64,000 nucleotides of DNA from Orbicella franksi (lineage: Eukaryota), in the NCBI GenBank assembly GCA_964199315.1, contig OZ116703.1, forward strand, positions 31,062,001 to 31,126,000, written 5' to 3'. Positions 12,401-24,400 of the stretch are shown here, piece by piece. How positions within the stretch are numbered: the stretch's first letter is position 1; every line of letters begins with the position of its first letter. The notes under the pieces are model-generated. The model searched no databases. It had not been told where the DNA came from and saw only the letters and a list, made by a program, of their open reading frames with translations. A program made the position numbers and the translations under genes.

Positions 12401-15400
12401 GCTCTTGAAACCAAGGGAATTTGAAAATGCTGGCTTTGCGTTTTCGTGTGGACGGAAAATATTTTGAAAAGGAAGCTTTTCGAAAACGATGGCGTCACGA
12501 TAATAATGTGATTTCCCAGCCCGAATTTTCCTCAAACACAAATCCAAAAGGACCGGTGATTGTTGTGTTTTCAAATTTCTCCGCCGCAGTGTGAACGGAA
12601 AACATTTGATTCGTCAGAGTAAAGTACCGTTTTCAAATTTCTACTGCGTCGTGTGGACGCGGCTTAAGATATTCATTATGTTTCAATCTAAACAAGAGAA
12701 TGTGATTGCACTGATTTGTTTATGTTTCTTCTGTTCCAGGTTGAAGTGTGGTTAAACCGTGTAATGGATGCCATGCGCGCTACAGTCAAACATGAGCTTT
12801 CAGAGGCTGTTGTATCTTATGAAGAGAAACCACGTGACCAGTGGCTGTTTGACTACCCGGCCCAGGTCGCCCTGTGTGGAACTCAAATCTGGTGGACCAC
12901 AGAAGTCGTGCTAGCTTTTGGAAGACTGGAAGAGGGATACGAGAATGCGCTGAAAGACTACTACAAGAAACAGGTACTAGGCTCCGTAAAAATACTGTTT
13001 TGGTGTCTTCGTGGCATGTGTATTGTATAAAGAAAATATCCAAGCGTCGGGCTTTATCACAAGAAGTAATTTTTTTCACGGTCTTACAACGTTGTAAATG
13101 AAAAGTCATATAGAGTGGAATAGGTTACACTGGATCACTCCGTTATATGTTAGTAACGAAAATTTAAAGAGAGATAAGAAAAATTGCATAACGACTCGTA
13201 ATTTCGTCGGTTAACATTAGTAAGCCGTTGAAAGGTGTATAAATTATATTTGAGTTAACGTGACTGATGGTTCGCTGCTTTCCTTGTGGTGCAACAAACT
13301 CAGTGCTTGCAAACTACTTTGGATGAGACACAAACGCAATCCATTCAGAGCATGTTTCTGTTTTAAAATTAGTTGGCATTTCCCGCTCTAAGAATTTAGA
13401 AGTCATTGTGGATCAGACAATGCGATAGGCTCGATTACAGGCCGCTGTTCGGGAAAAGAGCCCGCGTTCCTCCCCCGTGGCTCCTCCTCGGGGAGGAACA
13501 TAGACCGGAATCAAGAGAGCGACGGAAATCGAGCTTAGCAATGCGAGCGCTCGTGAATCAGTACCTGTTACCTGTTACCTAGCTTTTTTGTGCCTCGTGG
13601 CACATAAGGCCTCCACAGAATGCCTCCAATTTTCTCTGTTAGCTGCAGCAGCTCTGGCCTCATCCCATGTACGCCATCCCGCGCTGTTCCTCTCTCTCTC
13701 AATGAGAGAGGAGCGCTCGTGAATCAGTAGACAGTACAGTTTCTTGCCAATCCTCGTCGTCCAAGTATCTTAGTGAATTAAATATTGTGTAATTCTGGTG
13801 AGTTTAACCTCTGATTTATCCCTTTCTTCTCAGGTTGCCCAGCTTACAACATTGATCAACATGTTAATCGGCGACTTGTCTAAAGGCGATCGCCAGAAGA
13901 TCATGACCATCTGCACAATCGATGTGCACGCTCGAGATGTGGTGGCCAAGTTGATCCATCAGAAAGTAGAGAACGCACTGGCTTTCCTATGGCTCAGTCA
14001 GCTCAGACATCGCTGGGATGACTCCATAGCTCACTGCTTTGCTAACATCTGTGACGCTCAGTTCAAGTATTCCTACGAGTATCTTGGAAACACGCCTCGT
14101 TTGGTGATTACGCCTTTGACTGACAGGTAAATATCGTTGATTTGCGGTCAGTTCAATAGATTCTGATTCTTAGAGAAAACGCGGTTGTTTTGGAGTGTGC
14201 GATCTTCTGATTGTTTTGCGTTACTCTCCAGACATCTTTTTGCGGTGAATAGTTTCTTGCTTAACCATGAAAAGGTCTACAAATGAGTTGTTCTGAAGGA
14301 ACCTCAACATCGGATTCAGTTCTTTGTCATATCATAATAACGTTAACTGGCTTCTGTGTATGTGCCTGGTTCTCTCTGGTCTTGAAAGTAAAAGCAACGG
14401 ATCAGCTGTCATTCTGTCAGTAGCTGATTACTTCTTTCATTTGTTTTAACATGCTTGGCCAATTCTTGAGAAGACATCGTTATTGAAACGGGATCTTTCT
14501 CCATCTTATTGCTACAAGTAACTATAGATGTTTCTTTATATTTCTTCTTCGCTAAGGTGTTACATCACTCTGACCCAGTCCCTTCATCTAACCATGAGTG
14601 GTGCGCCTGCAGGCCCCGCTGGAACCGGAAAAACCGAAACTACCAAAGATCTGGGACGAGCTCTTGGAATCATGGTGTATGTGTTTAACTGCTCCGAACA
14701 GATGGACTACAAGGTATAGACTATGACGCGGACGTAATTTTTTGTTGTTTCAAACATCTCTTTAACCGTAAAACGCGTCTTTCCCTTTTCAGTCGATTGG
14801 TAACATTTACAAAGGACTGGCACAGACAGGAGCCTGGGGCTGTTTTGATGAGTTCAACCGCATCTCAGTAGAGGTGCTGTCCGTGGTCGCAGTTCAAGTG
14901 AAATCCATCCAGGATGCCATCAAAGATAAAAAGAAACGCTTCATCTTCCAAGGAGAGGAGATCGTGTTGGTACCGACTGTTGGTCTCTTTATCACCATGA
15001 ATCCTGGATACGCCGGCAGAACTGAACTGCCTGAAAATCTCAAGGCTCTGTTCCGGTAAGTGATCCAAATCAAAATTCTCTTGAGTGGTTTTATACGTTT
15101 TGCACACTTCCCTTTAGAAGAATTTTGGCTTTACTCTGAAGTGAAATTTTAACTTTTTGTTTGTATATTTTGTATTTCAGACCATGTGCTATGGTGGTTC
15201 CTGACTTTGAACTGATCTGTGAAATCATGTTGGTGGCTGAAGGGTTCGTGGACGCAAGAGCTTTGGCCAGAAAGTTCATCACTCTGTACTCTCTCTGCAA
15301 AGAACTGCTCTCTAAACAGGTGAGTGCATGGCGCCGGCTGGAATCTCTCTTGTAATGAGGAACATGACTGACCTGCGAATATGAACACGACTGACTTGCG

Positions 15401-18400
15401 AACTCGAAAACGGTTTTTATTATTTTTTTTATCTCCATGAAATGCTTTCTGTCCAACTTTGCTGCTGAGAAAGACATTTTTTTCCATGTTCAGCGAGCCA
15501 TATTTTGTACTTCAGAGCATTTGCAATAACTTTAAGGAAGGGAGATTGTTTTAGGCTTGTTTTTAAAGCAATTCGAGCGCCAGTCAAGGGTAAAACCAAA
15601 CCAGTAGCGAGTTGCCAAAATGCGCCTTTTTTCCGTGCTGTCTTTTTGTGACATGTTTTTACTTCGATCGCGAGGTCTAACTGGTTCAATGAGTGAGTTG
15701 TGTTTACAATGATTTGCCAAATGTGAGTTTGGTTGGGTTTCATTGCAAAATTACTCAGAGTTCTACAATGGCGAACTAGTCTTCCTCTTCCCACATTTAG
15801 GATCATTATGACTGGGGTCTCCGCGCTATCAAGTCGGTTTTGGTTGTCGCTGGTTCCCTCAAGCGAAGTGACAGAGAACGCCCTGAGGATCAGGTGCTTA
15901 TGCGTGCATTGCGTGACTTTAACATCCCTAAGATCGTCACGGATGACGTTCCTGTCTTCATGGGATTGATCGGTGATCTCTTCCCTGCTCTGGATGTACC
16001 AAGAAAGCGTGACATGGACTTTGAAGCTCTTGTGAAAAAGTCTGCCCTGGTAAGGTGTAAACAATTTCTATTGGCAAGTGAAAATATGTAGAAAGGAATG
16101 AATTAGTATTAAAAGTTTGGCATATTAACACAGCGACTCAAGCTGATAAGTATTGTTGTTTTCATTCGGCTTGTGTATTTTAAAAAACGTTAACTTTACG
16201 GAGCCCAGTCACGGTATTTTGAGTTACTTTGGTCACGTACAAAATTACCTTTACATTGAGGGAAACCTGAAAATAATAGTTTACTAAGATAGAAAACCAC
16301 TAAAGAAATAATAATAATCCATAAAGGAACAAGGATGGTTAGGGATGAAGAAGATTACAAACGGATTACAAACGACGAATTTGAAGAGCTTAGGATAAAC
16401 TTTTTAAGATGCGCAAACCGTGACGTAGCCCCTTCAGCAATTCTTAAATTAAGTGCTAAGTTCAATATGTTAATTTTTTTCTTGTTTCTCTTTTTTTCCA
16501 GGATCTTAAACTACAAACAGAAGACAGCTTTATCCTCAAGATTGTACAGCTGGAGGAGTTGTTGGCTGTGAGGCATTCTGTGTTCGTTCTCGGTCCCGCG
16601 GGTACGGGTAAGACACAGGTTATCAAAACTCTGAACAAGACCTACCAGAACCAAAAGAGGAAGCCATTACTACATGACATCAATCCTAAAGCTGTGACGG
16701 CTGATGAACTGTTCGGATTTATTAATCCGGCGACCAGGGAATGGAAAGATGGTAAGTTGTATTTCGAATCCTCTTAGGAAAAAAAATGGCGGCTGTACAT
16801 TTTACACCTGCAGCTAAATACAAGAATTGCACCCTATTAAAGAGCCAACCATTCCCAAGTCAGTGCTAACTTAAGCTAACAGAAACGCTACTCAGGCTAA
16901 CCGGAGTACTGTTCAAGCTTACCAAAGTGATATTTAGGCTAACTGGAGTGTTGTTTATGCTAACCAAAGTGATAACCTCAGAACATTTTAGTGTGATGCA
17001 AATCCTGTATTTAGCCGCAAATCAGTTTACCACAATACCGTGCGAGTCTTATACAGCCCATACAAGAAAAGCCTTATTTTTGCAATATATGTCCCTGTGC
17101 CAACGACATAATGTATGCTAGGTTTGAAGATTTTAGAACCTTTCTGTGCGTCTTTATGAGCGTTGTTCCAGTTTTCGTGCGCTAAGAATTATAAGTAAAT
17201 GTACCAGTCGCCGTCGTTTTTCCTTGGGGGGATTGTATTCGCATAACTTTAGACCAGAAAAGGGTCATATCTTTTTGCCTATTGAAGGAGCTAGACAGTA
17301 TAACTTTTTCTTCCAGGTTTGTTTTCCACCATTATGCGTGATCTGGCATCAATCAACAATGACAGTCCTAAATGGATTGTGCTTGACGGAGATATTGATC
17401 CTATGTGGATTGAGTCACTCAACACCGTGATGGATGACAACAAGGTAACCAAATGCTTTAGGGGTTTTGCACGTGTTTTGCTTCGCTTTGAAAGCTTCTT
17501 AGCCGCCCTCTGTAAAACAACGACGAGTAACCAAATTCTGGGTTTTATGTAGAATTTAAAGCATGGAAGAGAATGTTTGAAGGGAAAAGATGCTGTCTTT
17601 GTAGCTGGTAAATGGTTCTGACGCTGATGGGACAGTTGAACTGATCTAGAGAATCGCGAGATTTTTCTGTAAAATACATGCATTCATTTTCTAATTGACA
17701 TGGTTTTCTTTTGACAGCGACTGTAGAAAGTTTACTTTGGTGCCTTTTATACTGAGAAAGTATTTGGCCATCAGAGGTTAACGGAAGTTTTGGGAGAATT
17801 ACTTACAAGACTCTGACTAAATTTCAGGGATTAATGAAAATGTCTTTTTCTCTAGGTCCTCACACTGGCCAGTAATGAACGTGTTCCCCTCACTCCATCA
17901 ATGAGGCTCTTGTTCGAGATCGGCCATTTGAAGACTGCCACTCCCGCTACTGTGTCCCGTGCCGGAATTCTCTTCCTCAACTACGCTGATGTTGGATGGA
18001 ATCCGTATGTATCAAGTTGGATTGACACGCGCGAAGTTCAGTCCGAGAAAGCTAACTTGCAAATCCTGTTTGACAAGTACGTTCCCATCTGCCTAGACAC
18101 GCTGCGCGTGCGCTTTAAGAAAATCACGCCTGTTCCCGACATCACCATGGTAACCACGCTGTGCTACCTCCTGGAGTGTCTGTTGAACCCTACCAACACT
18201 CCACCTGACTGTAACAAAGAGCTGTATGAGTTGTACTTCGTGTTCGCTGCTGTGTGGGCCTTTGGTGGAGCCATGTTTCAGGATCAGGTGTGTATTAGTG
18301 CAGCCGTGAACATGTCTCTCTAAGCTCGGGAAAATTCATCTCCTGCTCAGGAAAGACGTTTGAGATTCCATCCAAAACTCTCCATACTGGTTTCGTTACT

Positions 18401-21400
18401 CTATAAAGTTTTGTATGGCGTATGCTAGCTATAAACGGATTCTTTTTGGCGTGCGGAATGCTAGACAATTGCTGGATTTGTATACCCAGCTAAGCTGACA
18501 CAATGAGGAATCACTGACACAAATAAAAAAAAGGCAGAAACATTTTTTTTCCTACGGCAATTTGCCAAAAACGATACTTTTCCCCTGCCAAAAACTCATC
18601 AAGCGTGTGCCTAATGTTCTCTCTTTTATCATTCAGCTTGTTGACTACCGAGTAGAATTCTCCAAGTGGTGGGTGACTGAATTTAAGACCATCAAGTTTC
18701 CCTCGGCTGGTACCGTGTTTGATTACTTCATTGACTCGGAAACCAAGAAATTTGTGCCGTGGACAGAGAAAGTTCCCAAGTTCGAGCTGGATTCTGAGAT
18801 GCCATTGCAGGTTTGATGTTTAATTTTTTTTCCTTTAGGAGTTTTTTGTGAATGCGACAAGCTTAAAATGGCATGCAAACCCCCATTGTGAAGTTAATGC
18901 TTTAGAGATCTTGTTATGTTTTGGTGTTTTCAAGCGTATGTTAGGTGTTTCTTCCTTAATTATGTTGGGAAATATAGAGTCGTCACGCAAAACCAACAAA
19001 ATGTCAAAACGTTTTCAACCAAAGTTTGAATCTTAAATTGAACGGTAAGGTTGGACTGTAGCGACTCTTGTCAGACTCAGAACTATTAAAGTAAACTGCC
19101 TCGAACTAAAAACTAACCGCACAAATAATTTCAAAATTGAGACCAGTCCTTCTTGTTCCCAGGCCGTGCTCGTGCACACTCAGGAAACCATTCGAGTGCG
19201 GTACTTCATGGATCTCTTGATGGAAAACCGCAGACCCATCATGCTCGTGGGCAGCGCAGGCACGGGCAAGACCGTGTTGGTTGGCGATAAGTTTGCAGCA
19301 ATGGATCCAGATAACGTGATCGTGACAAATGTGCCTTTCAACTACTACACAACATCCGCTATGTTGCAATCCGTGCTGGATAAACCGCTGGAGAAGAAAG
19401 CTGGTCGAAACTATGGACCGCCTGGAACGAAAAAACTGATCTATTTTATCGACGACATGAACATGCCCATGGTACGTGCTTCTATGTGATAGAGTCTGCT
19501 TTGGATTTGTCTACTTAATTAGTCTTGTATAATTAACTATTATTATATGACCGCGCGCTGGATATGAGATGGTTGATAGCCAATGAGGCGTAACCATCAC
19601 ATATCCAACAAGCGCGAGTGGAAAAACGCTCCCAAAATATAGGAAATTAAAAGAAATAAAACATAATAACGTCCCAAAAAAAGTGGTTCTGATTAGGTTT
19701 CCAGAAGACCAGATTGACTCGACAATGTCTTTTGAAAATAATTATGTCTCTTTGTTTCTTCATGCAAGTTTTACATATTTATACAAGTGTAATTAGCTTT
19801 TTAACGTTAACCAATGAGTGTGACGAAGGTATTTGTTGGCCAATCAAATACAAAATAAAAACTCAGTTGTCTCACGTGTCTGGAATCTCGCGCTTTGCAA
19901 CAGTTCCGCTCTTTTCATTGGTTACGTGTTCTCGTGCGTTTATCATTGGTTACATTATGTCCCACTCTTCCACTGCTTTGAGTATTAATTGGCTATGTAT
20001 ACCACGTTACTTTTTGTTTTTCTCAATCCAGGTTGACACCTATGGCACAGTACAGCCTCACACTCTCATAAGACAGCATTTGGACTACAACCATTGGTAC
20101 GACAGAGCTAAGCTGTCGCTTAAAGAGGTTCACAACTGCCAATATGTTGCTTGTATGAATCCCACGGCTGGTAGCTTCACTATCAACCCTCGACTGCAAC
20201 GCCACTTTGCAGTATTTGCCATCAGCTTCCCGGGACTGGATGCCCTGAAGACTATCTACCTGAACATCTTAAATGGACACATAAACGCTGCAGGCTTACC
20301 ACAAGCAGTGCAGAAGAATTCTGAGAAACTTGTTGATGCAGCTGTAGCCATGAACCAGAAGGTGCGCCTTTGTTTCATCTAGCGCTTTTCGACTTGTATA
20401 CGCATCGGATTTACTTTATTTTAAAATGCCAATACATTTTCAAATAAAAAGATTGGAACAATCGAGGAATTTATAACCAAGGAGAAATATTGGTCAGAAG
20501 CAGTAAAATTCTTCTAACCTTGTGCCATAACAGACGTGTTTTGTCTTGTAAGGAGAATATCTGTCTATATCAGGACTTAGATGTTCCTTTTACCGCTTGT
20601 GAGACTTTGAAAAACACCCGGAAATGGGTAAAATGTTTCGCGATTTTCACGAACGTAAAGGACAACAGTTTGCCTGTATTTCAAACTCATTCTAGGCTAT
20701 ACGGTGCCATACATTAAGGTTATGGCCAAATAAACGAAGTTGTAGCCACCAATATGTCTGTTGTTGAAACAAACGATAACAAAGTTATTTCTTTTTTTTC
20801 CGAATCTCAATACAGGTCACTTCAACTTTCTTGCCTACTGCTGTCAAGTTTCACTACGTTTTCAACTTACGAGACTTGTCCAACATCTTTCAGGTTTGCC
20901 TTTAATTAATCTAGTTTGTATGAAACTCTAGTGTGGCAAATGTAGCCAATCTTAGGCTATTTGATAACTGAACTTATGATTGTTTTGTATATGTTTACGT
21001 TCAAGAAATGACCTATCCTATTTGCGTTGGTTTTAGCTCTCATGACAACCCAACATCGCCATTGCTCGCATTTATGCTTTCATCAGAAAAAACGAATCAA
21101 AACGTCTTTGCGCTTAATTGTTCCCTCGCTTGACGGGGAAAGTAGACTTTTGTTTACTCAAACCCCGAAACATTACGCTTGTTACTCGAGTAAATAACAC
21201 AAATGACTTTTTTTCAAGTATGTGCGTTTTACATGGTCTTTAGTGATGATTTTTTTTTTCTTTGTAGGGAATCCTATTTTCTTCAGCCGAATGTGTAAAG
21301 ACGCCGATGGATCTTGTGAGGTTGTGGATGCACGAGTGTGATCGTGTTTACAGAGACAAACTTATAGAAGAGAAAGACATGGAGAACTATGACAGAATAC

Positions 21401-24400
21401 AACAAGACATCACCAAGAAGATATTCGAGGTTTGTCTTGCTCTATTTTCGTGCGGTGAAACATAATTTGATCATTCTTGAATGGAAAAGATGTTTATGAA
21501 ATGAAATGTTATCAATGTTTGATATTTTTTGTAAATATCTTTGCAATATTTTAACTAACTGTACTGATAACTTTAGTCAGGTTTTCAGACTTTGTATCCA
21601 ACCACTGCCAGTGCTGCCCGTTATAGCAACCGAAATGTTTCTTGTTTCACGTAGGACTTTGACGAAGAAGCTTTGTACGCCAAGCCTAACATGTTCTGTC
21701 ATTTTGCGAGTGGAATTGGAGAGCCGAAGTACTTGGCAGTCCAAGGCTGGGAGTCGCTGAACAAACTGCTCGTCGAGGCACTGGAAAACTACAATGAAGT
21801 GAACGCGGTTATGAACCTTGTGTTGTTCGATGACGCTATGCAGCATGTGTGAGTGAAACGTTTGCAATTACTTTCTTAAAGATTGGTTTGAAAAATACTC
21901 TCGTATCGTGGTGTGGCCAATCAGATGCAAAATTTAAAGCAATCGTGATTTTACTCTGGGGACCTAACAAAACAATTCTGGAAATTTCGACTAAAAAGCA
22001 ACTGGAACAGAAATCCCGTTCAAAAATTGTGGACTTCTCAAAAATGTACTCCCCTTTCCCCGTTCGGAAGGGAAAGACAGCAATTTCCTTACCATTTGCT
22101 CAATTCCCCAGTTTTAGTCTCTCATCAACGGAAAGTGAATTGTAAATGATAAGCGCCACCTCTCTCGGTTGGTTTGCTGATTTTGGAAAAACCCTTACCA
22201 CTATTTAACGGTCATCCCAACCGGTTCCTTCCAATAAATCTTTCGCGACCCTGCTTTGGCGCTGTTTCCATTGACGACGTATTTTTCCGCGCTTTTCATC
22301 GTTGCGTTTTTCCTGGACTTTCCTTCGGTTACCTGTTTCCCGCTCTTTTCCGCTCGTGGTTTCCAGCTCTTTCCTTCGGCGACATTTTTCTTTTGCTTCG
22401 TGTTCTATGGCGATTCTGGTCCGATGGTAGAAACATCAAGAGAATACATCCAAATTAAGCAAATATATTTTGTGGCTTAATTTTTTTGTTTATGTGGTGT
22501 TTTGCAGTTGTCGTATCAACCGTATTCTGGAATCTCCTCGTGGTAACGCCTTGTTAGTGGGTGTTGGAGGTAGCGGTAAACAAAGCTTAGCTCGTCTGGC
22601 CGCCTTCATCAGTGCTTTGGAAGTGTTTCAGATTACGCTGAGGAAAGGATACAGCATCCCAGACCTGAAGGTGTGTAATAGAGATGCGATGATCAATCAT
22701 GCCTTCATATCTTTCTTCGCAGTATCTTCATCGTCTACGGGTATATTTATACGAACTCACAAAGTGACTGGCTCCCAGTTGACTTGATAGCTTAGTTGGT
22801 AGAGCACTGCACTAGTATCGCAGATGTCATTTGTTCGAGTCCCGTTCAGGCCTGAATTTTCTTTTTTCAGGCTTTAATTTGACAACTGCCTAAGTTGTGT
22901 GTGTAACTGCGATGATCAATTATGTCTTCATAGATATGACTGTGCGAAAAAATAAAACAAAATACACGCATGCCAATTTTGCTGAATTATCAATTGACAT
23001 TTTTTCTCATCTATCCAGCTTGACTTAGCAAACCTGTGCACCAAGGCAGGGCTGAAAAACGTCGGCACTGTGTTCCTCTTGACGGACGCGCAAGTTCCAG
23101 AAGAGAGTTTCCTTGTTTTGATCAACGATCTGCTGGCTTCTGGTGAGATCCCAGGTCTGTTCGCTGATGATGAAGTTGAGAATATTATCTCCGGAGTCAG
23201 AAATGAAGTGAAAGGTGCTGGACTTCAAGACACAAGAGAGAATTGCTGGATGTTCTTCATTGAACGGGTGCGACGAAATTTGAAGGTAAACGAACTTAAC
23301 TCCAGCATCGATTTGACGGAATTTTCGCGAGAGATACATGTTCGCTGATGATAAATAGAGAATAATACAATTGTTCGAAGGTCACACGAACGTTTTCGAA
23401 CATTTTCGAAAGATTGCCGAAGACTTCCGAGGAAGATCGGCCAACAACGTTAAGCACAGTTAAAGCGTCAAACATGGCATCAACATAACGTCTTCGATAT
23501 CAATACAGTGAAAAATTATCGTAGTTTTGCACGTGTAAAATTTCGGCTTTTTTCAGGGCTGGAAATCCTTGTAAAACACCGCAGTTTATATAATAAATGC
23601 AATTCTGTCATTGTTAAACCGCATGATCTTTTGACAAGGTGAATTTTTCATTTGGACTATATTTAATAGCGGCTATTTGTTGTGTTACCGCTGACAGGTT
23701 GTCCTGTGCTTCTCTCCCGTGGGTTCCACGCTGCGTGTAAGGAGTCGTAAGTTCCCGGCTGTCACTAACTGCACGGCCATTGATTGGTTCCACGAGTGGC
23801 CCCAGGAGGCTTTGGTGTCCGTCAGCAAGAGGTTCATTGATGACTTGGAACAGCTTGAGGTGAGAGGTTGAAAACAAAAAAATCTACCAAGATTTCATGA
23901 AACCCAACAGCAATTCTTGAACATTAATTAGCCCTGAGATACCTCAATGGTTTAATCTGGTATTTTATATTGTTTTTTGTTTGTTTGTTTGTTTAAATGT
24001 CAACATTGGTGAGCATGACCCCGGCATCTTAACTTTCTTTTGAGATAAACCACGCTAGCTTCTATCAAGGTTTTGCCCCTAAAATGGCTACTTTAATTTT
24101 CGACGTCTTTTTGTTTATAGAATGAGGTGAAGCCTTCTGTTGCCGAATTCATGTCGTTTGTACACACAAGCGTGAACGAAGAAAGCCAGCTGTATTTGGC
24201 AAATGAAAGGCGCTACAACTACACCACTCCCAAGAGCTTCTTAGAACAGGTATGCTCCCTACAAAAACAAAGTCACACCAAAGAAGTGATGGTGAACTTT
24301 AATTATAACAATTTTTAACACGTAGAACCACCTTGTGTGGCACAATAACCAGCATCATATGAAAGTACTGCTCAATAGCTTTTATTTGAATGGTCACACC

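Noticed and set aside
22781-22853. Possible tRNA-Thr(AGT) gene
   Set aside because: T-stem has two C/T mismatches, acceptor and anticodon stems are imperfect, and it is embedded in a repeat; treated as a SINE head.
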